A DNA stretch of 24,938 nt. It comes from Utricularia gibba (Eukaryota > Plantae > Magnoliophyta). Both the position numbers and the translations under genes were made by a program. Below are positions 12,701 to 22,800 of this stretch, in pieces (the stretch's first letter is position 1; each line of letters begins with the position of its first letter). The notes below the pieces were generated by a model. That model ran no database searches and was not told where the DNA came from. It saw only the letters and a list, made by a program, of their open reading frames with translations. The stretch spans positions 1-24,938 of the forward strand of contig NEEC01000423.1 in NCBI GenBank assembly GCA_002189035.1, written 5' to 3'.

Positions 12701-15700
12701 GGCAGCCCCAAAACTGAACGTTAATAAATACATCACTTTATTTTCCGAGCTACAACTAACTCTCGGCGCAAGCCAAACCTGACCTTTGTCCCGTTCTAGG
12801 TGCACCCCAAGACCGAAGTATAAAGTAAGTTGTTGAAAAAATCATGTGGGGTGCACGTGATATCGTAATTTAAACAAAGGCATCATTTTTTTAATCGATT
12901 TCATCCGGTTGACCTCATGAGCCATACATAATCGGGGTCAAGGACCAAGTTCCCAGCGAGACTGGCCGCCACAAAACGAGAAGCTGTTCTTGAAAAACCA
13001 TGTAGGCAGCCCCCAAAACTGAACGTTAATAAATACATCACTTTATTTTCCGAGCTACAACTAACTCTCGCGCAAGCCAAACCTGACCTTTGTCCCGTTA
13101 GGTGCACCCCAAGACCGCCTCCTCAAGTATAAAGTAAGTTGTTGAAAAAATCATGTGGGGTGCACGTGATATCGTAATTTAAACAAAGGCATCATTTTTT
13201 TAATCGATTTGCATCCGGTTGACCTCATGAGCCATACATAATCGGGGTCAAGGACCAAGTTCCCAGCGAGACTGGCCGCCACAAAACGAGAAGCTGTTCC
13301 TTGAAAAACCATGTAGGCAGCCCCCAAAACTGAACGTTAATAAATACATCACTTTATTTGCCGAGCTACAACTAACTCTCGCGCAAGCCAAACCTGACCT
13401 TTGTCCCGTTCTAGGTGCACCCCAAGACCGCCTCCTCAAGTATAAAGTAAGTTGTTGAAAAAATCATGTGGGGTGCACGTGATATCGTAATTTAAAAAAG
13501 GCATCATTTTTTAATCGATTTCCATCCGGTTGACCTCATGAGCCATACAGAATCGGGGTCAGGACCAAGTTCCCAGCGAGACTGGCCGCCACAAAACGAG
13601 AAGCTGTTCCTTGAAAAACCATGTAGGCAGCCCCCAAAAACTGAACGTTAATAAATACATCACTTTATTTTCCGAGCTACAACTAACTCTCGGCGCAAGC
13701 CAAACCTGACCTTTGTCCCGTTCTAGGTGCACCCCAAGACCGCCTCCTCAAGTATAAAGTAAGTTGTTGAAAAAATCATGTGGGGTGCACGTGATATCGT
13801 AATTTAAACAAAGGCATCATTTTTTTTAATCGATTTGCATCCGGTTGACCTCATGAGCCATACAGAATCGGGGTCAAGGACCAAGTTCCCAGCGAGACTG
13901 GCCGCCACAAAACGAGAAGCTGTTCCTTGAAAAACCATGTAGGCAGCCCCGAAAACTGAACGTTAATAAATACATCACTTTATTTTCCGAGCTACAACTA
14001 ACTCTCGGCGCAAGCCAAACCTGACCTTTGTCCCGTTCTAGGTGCACCCCAAGACCGCCTCCTCAAGTATAAAGTAAGTTGTTGAAAAATCATGTGGGGT
14101 GCACGTGATATCGTAATTTAAACAAAGGCATCATTTTTTTAATCGATTTCATCCGGTTGACCTCATGAGCCATACAGAATCGGGGTCAAGGACCAAGTTC
14201 CCAGCGAGACTGGCCGCCACAAAACGAGAAGCTGTTCCTTGAAAAACCATGTAGGCAGCCCCCGAAAACTGAACGTTAATAAATACATCACTTTATTTTC
14301 CGAGCTACAACTAACTCTCGGCGCAAGCCAAACCTGACCTTTGTCCCGTTCTAGGTGCACCCCAAGACCGCCTCCTCAAGTATAAAGTAAGTTGTTGAAA
14401 AAATCATGTGGGGTGCACGTGATATCGTAATTTAAACAAAGGCATCATTTTTTTAATCAATTTGCATCCGGTTGACCTCATGAGCCATACATAATCGGGG
14501 TCAAGGACCAAGTTCCCAGCGAGACTGGCCGCCACAAAACGAGAAGCTGTTCCTTGAAAAACCATGTAGGCAGCCCCCAAAACTGAACGTTAATAAATAC
14601 ATCACTTTATTTTCCGAGCTACAACTAACTCTCGGCGCAAGCCAAACCTGACCTTTGTCCCGTTCTAGGTGCACCCCAAGACCGCCTCCTCAAGTATAAA
14701 GTAAGTTGTTGAAAAAATCATGTGGGGTGCACGTGATATCGTAATTTAAACAAAGGCATCATTTTTTTAATCGATTTGCATCCGGTTGACCTCATGAGCC
14801 ATACAGAATCGGGTCAAGGACCAAGTTCCCAGCGAGACTGGCCGCCAGAGAAGCTGTTCCTTGAAAAACCATGTAGGCAGCCCCCAAAAAACTGAACGTT
14901 AATAAATACATCACTTTATTTGCCGAGCTACAACTAACTCTCGGCGCAAGCCAAACCTGACCTTTGTCCCGTTCTAGGTGCACCCCAAGACCGCCTCCTC
15001 AAGTATAAAGTAAGTTGTTGAAAAAATCATGTGGGGTGCACGTGATATCGTAATTTAAAAAAAGGCATCATTTTTTTAATCGATTTGCATCCGGTTGACC
15101 TCATGAGCCATACAGAATCGGGGTCAAGGACCAAGTTCCCAGCGAGACTGGCCGCCACAAAACGAGAAGCTGTTCCTTGAAAAACCATGTAGGCAGCCCC
15201 AAAACTGAACGTTAATAAATACATCACTTTATTTCCGAGCTACAACTAACTCTCGCGCAAGCCAAACCTGACCTTTGTCCCGTTCTAGGTGCACCCAAGA
15301 CCGCCTCCTCAAGTATAAAGTAAGTTGTTGAAAAAATCATGTGGGGTGCACGTGATATCGTAATTTAAAAAAGGCATCATTTTTTAATCAATTTGCATCC
15401 GGTTGACCTCATGAGCAATACAGAATCGGGGTCAAGGACCAAGTTCCCAGCGAGACTGGCCGCCACAAAACGAGAAGCTGTTCCTTGAAAAACCATGTAG
15501 GCAGCCCCCAAAACTGAACGTTAATAAATACATCACTTTATTTGCTACAACTAACTCTCGGCGCAAGCCAAACCTGACCTTTGTCCGTTCTAGGTGCACC
15601 CAAGACCGCCTCCTCAAGTATAAAGTAAGTTGTTGAAAAAATCATGTGGGGTGCACGTGATATCGTAATTTAAAAAAAGGCATCATTTTTTTAATCGATT

Positions 15701-18700
15701 TGCATCCGGTTGACCTCATGAGCCATACAGAATCGGGGTCAAGGACCAAGTTCCCAGCGAGACTGGCCGCCACAAAACGAGAAGCTGTTCCTTGAAAAAC
15801 CATGTAGGCAGCCCCCAAAAAGAACGTTAATAAATACATCACTTTATTTGCCGAGCTACAACTAACTCTCGGCGCAAGCCAAACCTGACCTTTGTCCCGT
15901 TCTAGGTGCACCCCAAGACCGCCTCCTCAAGTATAAAGTAAGTTGTTGAAAAAATCATGTGGGGTGCACGTGATATCGTAATTTAAACAAAGGCATCATT
16001 TTTTTTAATCGATTTCCATCCGGTTGACCTCATGAGCCATACAGAATCGGGGTCAAGGACCAAGTTCCCAGCGAGACTGGCCGCCACAAAACGAGAAGCT
16101 GTTCCTTGAAAAACCATGTAGGCAGCCCCCGAAAACTGAACGTTAATAAATACATCACTTTATTTTCCGAGCTACAACTAACTCTCGGCGCAAGCCAAAC
16201 CTGACCTTTGTCCCGTTCTAGGTGCACCCCAAGACCGCCTCCTCAAGTATAAAGTAAGTTGTTGAAAAAATCATGTGGGGTGCACGTGATATCGTAATTT
16301 AAACAAAGCATCATTTTTTTAATCAATTTGCATCCGGTTGACCTCATGAGCAATACATAATCGGGGTCAAGGACCAAGTTCCCAGCGAGACTGGCCGCCA
16401 CAAAACGAGAAGCTGTTCCTTGAAAAACCATGTAGGCAGCCCCCAAAACTGAACGTTAATAAATACATCACTTTATTTTCCGAGCTACAACTAACTCTCG
16501 GCGCAAGCCAAACCTGACCTTTGTCCCGTTCTAGGTGCACCCAAGACCGCCTCCTCAAGTATAAAGTAAGTTGTTGAAAAAATCATGTGGGGTGCACGTG
16601 ATATCGTAATTTAAACAAAGGCATCATTTTTTTAATCAATTTGCATCCGGTTGACCTCATGAGCCATACATAATCGGGGTCAAGGACCAAGTTCCCAGCG
16701 AGACTGGCCGCCACAAAACGAGAAGCTGTTCCTTGAAAACCATGTAGGCAGCCCCAAAACTGAACGTTAATAAATACATCACTTTATTTTCCGAGCTACA
16801 ACTAACTCTCGGCGCAAGCCAAACCTGACCTTTGTCCCGTTCTAGGTGCACCCCAAGACCGCCTCCTCAAGTATAAAGTAAGTTGTTGAAAAAATCATGT
16901 GGGGTGCACGTGATATCGTAATTTAAACAAAGGCATCATTTTTTTAATCGATTTGCATCCGGTTGACCTCATGAGCCATACAGAATCGGGGTCAAGGACC
17001 AAGTTCCCAGCGAGACTGGCCGCCACAAAACGAGAAGCTGTTCCTTGAAAAACCATGTAGGCAGCCCCCAAAAACTGAACGTTAATAAATACATCACTTT
17101 ATTTCCGAGCTACAACTAACTCTCGGCGCAAGCCAAACCTGACCTTTGTCCCGTTCTAGGTGCACCCCAAGACCGCCTCCTCAAGTATAAAGTAAGTTGT
17201 TGAAAAAATCATGTGGGGTGCACGTGATATCGTAATTTAAAAAAGGCATCATTTTCTTTAATCGATTTCCATCCGGTTGACCTCATGCCATACAGAATCG
17301 GGGTCAAGGACCAAGTTCCCAGCGAGACTGGCCGCCACAAAACGAGAAGCTGTTCCTTGAAAAACCATGTAGGCAGCCCCCAAAAACTGAACGTTAATAA
17401 ATACATCACTTTATTTGCCGAGCTACAACTAACTCTCGGCGCAAGCCAAACCTGACCTTTGTCCCGTTCTAGGTGCACCCCAAGACCGCCTCCTCAAGTA
17501 TAAAGTAAGTTGTTGAAAAAATCATGTGGGGTGCACGTGATATCGTAATTTAAACAAAGGCATCATTTTTTTAATCGATTTGCATCCGGTTGACCTCATG
17601 AGCATACAGAATCGGGGTCAAGGACCAAGTTCCCAGCGAGACTGGCCGCCACAAAACGAGAAGCTGTTCCTTGAAAAACCATGTAGGCAGCCCCCAAAAC
17701 TGAACGTTAATAAATACATCACTTTATTTTCCGAGCTACAACTAACTCTCGGCGCAAGCCAAACCTGACCTTTGTCCCGTTCTAGGTGCACCCCAAGACC
17801 GCCTCCTCAAGTATAAAGTAAGTTGTTGAAAAAATCATGTGGGGTGCACGTGATATCGTAATTTAAACAAAGGCATCATTTTTTTTAATCGATTTGCATC
17901 CGGTTGACCTCATGAGCATACAGAATCGGGGTCAAGGACCAAGTTCCCAGCGAGACTGGCCGCCACAAAACGAGAAGCTGTTCCTTGAAAAACCATGTAG
18001 GCAGCCCCCAAAAACTGAACGTTAATAAATACATCACTTTATTTTCCGAGCTACAACTAACTCTCGGCGCAAGCCAAACCTGACCTTTGTCCCGTTCTAG
18101 GTGCACCCAAGACCGCCTCCTCAAGTATAAAGTAAGTTGTTGAAAAAATCATGTGGGGTGCACGTGATATCGTAATTTAAACAAGGCATCATTTTTTTAA
18201 TCGATTTCCATCCGGTTGACCTCATGAGCCATACAGAATCGGGGTCAAGGACCAAGTTCCCAGCGAGACTGGCCGCCACAAAACGAGAAGCTGTTCCTTG
18301 AAAAACCATGTAGGCAGCCCCCAAAACTGAACGTTAATAAATACATCACTTTATTTTCCGAGCTACAACTAACTCTCGGCGCAAGCCAAACCTGACCTTT
18401 GTCCCGTTCTAGGTGCACCCCAAGACCGCCTCCTCAAGTATAAAGTAAGTTGTTGAAAAAATCATGTGGGGTGCACGTGATATCGTAATTTAAAAAGCAT
18501 CATTTTTTTAATCAATTTGCATCCGGTTGACCTCATGAGCCATACATAATCGGGGTCAAGGACCAAGTTCCCAGCGAGACTGGCCGCCACAAAACGAGAA
18601 GCTGTTCCTTGAAAAACCATGTAGGCAGCCCCCAAAAACTGAACGTTAATAAATACATCACTTTATTTGCCGAGCTACAACTAACTCTCGGCGCAAGCCA

Positions 18701-19539
18701 AACCTGACCTTTGTCCCGTTCTAGGTGCACCCCAAGACCGCCTCCTCAAGTATAAAGTAAGTTGTTGAAAAAATCATGTGGGGTGCACGTGATATCGTAA
18801 TTTAAACAAAGGCATCATTTTTTTAATCGATTTGCATCCGGTTGACCTCATGAGCCATACATAATCGGGGTCAAGGACCAAGTTCCCAGCGAGACTGGCC
18901 GCCACAAAACGAGAAGCTGTTCCTTGAAAAACCATGTAGGCAGCCCCCAAACTGAACGTTAATAAATACATCACTTTATTTGCCGAGCTACAACTAACTC
19001 TCGGCGCAAGCCAAACCTGACCTTTGTCCCGTTCTAGGTGCACCCCAAGACCGCCTCCTCAAGTATAAAGTAAGTTGTTGAAAAAATCATGTGGGGTGCA
19101 CGTGATATCGTAATTTAAAGAAAGGCATCATTTTTTTAATCGATTTCATCCGGTTGACCTCATGAGCCATACAGAATCGGGGTCAAGGACCAAGTTCCCA
19201 GCGAGACTGGCCGCCACAAAACGAGAAGCTGTTCCTTGAAAAACCATGTAGGCAGCCCCCAAAACTGAACGTTAATAAATACATCACTTTATTTGCCGAG
19301 CTACAACTAACTCTCGGCGCAAGCCAAACCTGACCTTTGTCCCGTTCTAGGTGCACCCCAAGACCGCCTCCTCAAGTATAAAGTAAGTTGTTGAAAAAAT
19401 CATGTGGGGTGCACGTGATATCGTAATTTAAACAAAGGCATCATTTTTTTAATCGATTTGCATCCGGTTGACCTCATGAGCCATACAGAATCGGGGTCAA
19501 GGACCAAGTTCCCAGCGAGACTGGCCGCCACAAAACGAG

Positions 19540-19696
19540 AAGCTGTTCCTTGAAAAACCATGTAGGCAGCCCCCAAAAACTGAACGTTAATAAATACATC
19601 ACTTTATTTTCCGAGCTACAACTAACTCTCGGCGCAAGCCAAACCTGACCTTTGTCCCGTTCTAGGTGCACCCCAAGACCGCCTCCTCAAGTATAA
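19540..19696. repeat. Subunit A (~157 bp) of the dimeric monomer; example copy, boundary or phase arbitrary
   Basis: Aligns to subunit B at offset 156-157: CATGT 19559 vs 19716, CATCA 19597 vs 19754, GCCA 19638 vs 19794, AGAC 19676 vs 19832. Confidence 0.8.
19611..19632. other. Short dyad CCGAG-N12-CTCGG (potential hairpin) in each monomer; example copy
   Basis: CCGAG at 19611-19615 and CTCGG at 19628-19632 are reverse complements. The TTTGCCGAG allele extends the dyad to GCCGAG/CTCGGC. Confidence 0.6.
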
Positions 19697-19729
19697 AGTA
19701 AGTTGTTGAAAAAATCATGTGGGGTGCAC
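19666..19729. repeat. Perfect 10-bp inverted repeat GTGCACCCCA / TGGGGTGCAC with 44-bp spacer, present in essentially every monomer; example copy
   Basis: GTGCACCCCA at 19666-19675 and its exact reverse complement TGGGGTGCAC at 19720-19729. Confidence 0.9.
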
Positions 19730-19853
19730 GTGATATCGTAATTTAAACAAAGGCATCATTTTTTAATCAATTTGCATCCGGTTGACCTCATGAGCCATAC
19801 ATAATCGGGGTCAAGGACCAAGTTCCCAGCGAGACTGGCCGCCACAAAACGAG
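19697..19853. repeat. Subunit B (~157 bp) of the dimeric monomer; example copy
   Basis: Same alignment as subunit A. A manual gapless comparison of consensus positions 52-141 with 209-298 gave 48/90 identities (~53%). Confidence 0.8.
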
Positions 19854-22800
19854 AAGCTGTTCCTTGAAAAACCATGTAGGCAGCCCCCAAAAACTGAACG
19901 TTAATAAATACATCACTTTATTTGCCGAGCTACAACTAACTCTCGGCGCAAGCCAAACCTGACCTTTGTCCCGTTCTAGGTGCACCCCAAGACCGCCTCC
20001 TCAAGTATAAAGTAAGTTGTTGAAAAAATCATGTGGGGTGCACGTGATATCGTAATTTAAACAAAGGCATCATTTTTTTAATCGATTTGCATCCGGTTGA
20101 CCTCATGAGCCATACATAATCGGGGTCAAGGACCAAGTTCCCAGCGAGACTGGCCGCCACAAAACGAGAAGCTGTTCCTTGAAAAACATGTAGGCCCCCG
20201 AAAACTGAACGTTAATAAATACATCACTTTATTTGCCGAGCTACAACTAACTCTCGGCGCAAGCCAAACCTGACCTTTGTCCCGTTCTAGGTGCACCCCA
20301 AGACCGCCTCCTCAAGTATAAAGTAAGTTGTTGAAAAAATCATGTGGGGTGCACGTGATATCGTAATTTAAAAAAGGCATCATTTTTTTAATCGATTTGC
20401 ATCCGGTTGACCTCATGAGCATACAGAATCGGGGTCAAGGACCAAGTTCCCAGCGAGACTGGCCGCCACAAAACGAGAAGCTGTTCCTTGAAAAACCATG
20501 TAGGCAGCCCCCAAAACTGAACGTTAATAAATACATCACTTTATTTTCCGAGCTACAACTAACTCTCGGCGCAAGCCAAACCTGACCTTTTGTCCCGTTC
20601 TAGGTGCACCCCAAGACCGCCTCCTCAAGTATAAAGTAAGTTGTTGAAAAAATCATGTGGGGTGCACGTGATATCGTAATTTAAACAAAGGCATCATTTT
20701 TTAATCAATTTGCATCCGGTTGACCTCATGAGCAATACATAATCGGGGTCAAGGACCAAGTTCCCAGCGAGACTGGCCGCCACAAAACGAGAAGCTGTTC
20801 CTTGAAAAACCATGTAGGCAGCCCCCAAAACTGAACGTTAATAAATACATCACTTTATTTTCCGAGCTACAACTAACTCTCGGCGCAAGCCAAACCTGAC
20901 CTTTGTCCCGTTCTAGGTGCACCCCAAGACCGCCTCCAAGTATAAAGTAAGTTGTTGAAAAAATCATGTGGGGTGCACGTGATATCGTAATTTAAACAAA
21001 GGCATCATTTTTTTAATCGATTTGCATCCGGTTGACCTCATGAGCCATACATAATCGGGTCAAGGACCAAGTTCCCAGCGAGACTGGCCGCCACAAAACG
21101 AGAAGCTGTTCCTTGAAAAACCATGTAGGCAGCCCCCAAAAACTGAACGTTAATAAATACATCACTTTATTTGCCGAGCTACAACTAACTCTCGGCGCAA
21201 GCCAAACCTGACCTTTGTCCCGTTCTAGGTGCACCCCAAGACCGCCTCCTCAAGTATAAAGTAAGTTGTTGAAAAAATCATGTGGGGTGCACGTGATATC
21301 GTAATTTAAAGAAAGGCATCATTTTTTTAATCGATTTCCATCCGGTTGACCTCATGAGCCATACAGAATCGGGGTCAAGGACCAAGTTCCCAGCGAGACT
21401 GGCCGCCACAAAACGAGAAGCTGTTCCTTGAAAAACCATGTAGGCAGCCCCCAAAAACTGAACGTTAATAAATACATCACTTTATTTCCGAGCTACAACT
21501 AACTCTCGGCGCAAGCCAAACCTGACCTTTGTCCCGTTCTAGGTGCACCCCAAGACCGCCTCCTCAAGTATAAAGTAAGTTGTTGAAAAAATCATGTGGG
21601 GTGCACGTGATATCGTAATTTAAACAAAGGCATCATTTTTTTAATCGATTTCCATCCGGTTGACCTCATGAGCCATACAGAATCGGGGTCAAGGACCAAG
21701 TTCCCAGCGAGACTGGCCGCCACAAAACGAGAAGCTGTTCCTTGAAAAACCATGTAGGCAGCCCCCAAAACTGAACGTTAATAAATACATCACTTTATTT
21801 TCCGAGCTACAACTAACTCTCGGCGCAAGCCAAACCTGACCTTTGTCCCGTTCTAGGTGCACCCCAAGACCGCCTCCTCAAGTATAAAGTAAGTTGTTGA
21901 AAAAATCATGTGGGGTGCACGTGATATCGTAATTTAAACAAAGCATCATTTTTTTAATCAATTTGCATCCGGTTGACCTCATGAGCAATACATAATCGGG
22001 GTCAAGGACCAAGTTCCCAGCGAGACTGGCCGCCACAAAACGAGAAGCTGTTCCTTGAAAAACCATGTAGGCCCCGAAAACTGAACGTTAATAAATACAT
22101 CACTTTATTTGCCGAGCTACAACTAACTCTCGGCGCAAGCCAAACCTGACCTTTGTCCCGTTCTAGGTGCACCCCAAGACCGCCTCCTCAAGTATAAAGT
22201 AAGTTGTTGAAAAAATCATGTGGGGTGCACGTGATATCGTAATTTAAACAAAACATCATTTTTTAATCGATTTGCATCCGGTTGACCTCATGAGCAATAC
22301 ATAATCGGGGTCAAGGACCAAGTTCCCAGCGAGACTGGCCGCCACAAAACGAGAAGCTGTTCCTTGAAAAACCATGTAGGCAGCCCCCAAAACTGAACGT
22401 TAATAAATACATCACTTTATTTTCCGAGCTACAACTAACTCTCGGCGCAAGCCAAACCTGACCTTTGTCCCGTTCCAGGTGCACCCAAGACCGCCTCCTC
22501 AAGTATAAAGTAAGTTGTTGAAAAAATCATGTGGGGTGCACGTGATATCGTAATTTAAAAAGGCATCATTTTTTTAATCGATTTCCATCCGGTTGACCTC
22601 ATGAGCCATACAGAATCGGGGTCAAGGACCAAGTTCCCAGCGAGACTGGCCGCCACAAAACGAGAAGCTGTTCCTTGAAAAACCATGTAGGCAGCCCCCA
22701 AAACTGAACGTTAATAAATACATCACTTTATTTGCCGAGCTACAACTAACTCTCGGCGCAAGCCAAACCTGACCTTTGTCCCGTTCTAGGTGCACCCCAA

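Larger units (their letters stand above)
19540..19853. repeat. Representative clean monomer (314 bp as read)
   Basis: Runs from AAGCTGTTCC at 19540 to ...CACAAAACGAG at 19853; the next copy starts at 19854. Confidence 0.95.

Noticed and set aside
19620-19665. AACTAAC (start of the trypanosomatid spliced leader) and TCCCGTTC (kinetoplast CSB-2-like)
   Set aside because: The rest of the 39-nt leader is absent, and there is no CSB-3 GGGGTTGGTGTA or properly spaced CSB-1.
19580-19690. 5S rRNA-like words (CTGAACG, CTCGG, AGACCGCCT) in the right order
   Set aside because: These are only short scattered words. The intervening sequence, spacing upstream of CTCGG, A-box/C-box context and terminal helix do not match 5S rRNA, so this is not a 5S/NTS array.
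19540-19853. Phased A-tracts causing intrinsic curvature
   Set aside because: A/T tracts are present, but their spacings (about 10, 11, 14, 16, 22 bp and larger gaps) are not consistently ~10.5 bp; a curvature calculation would be needed.
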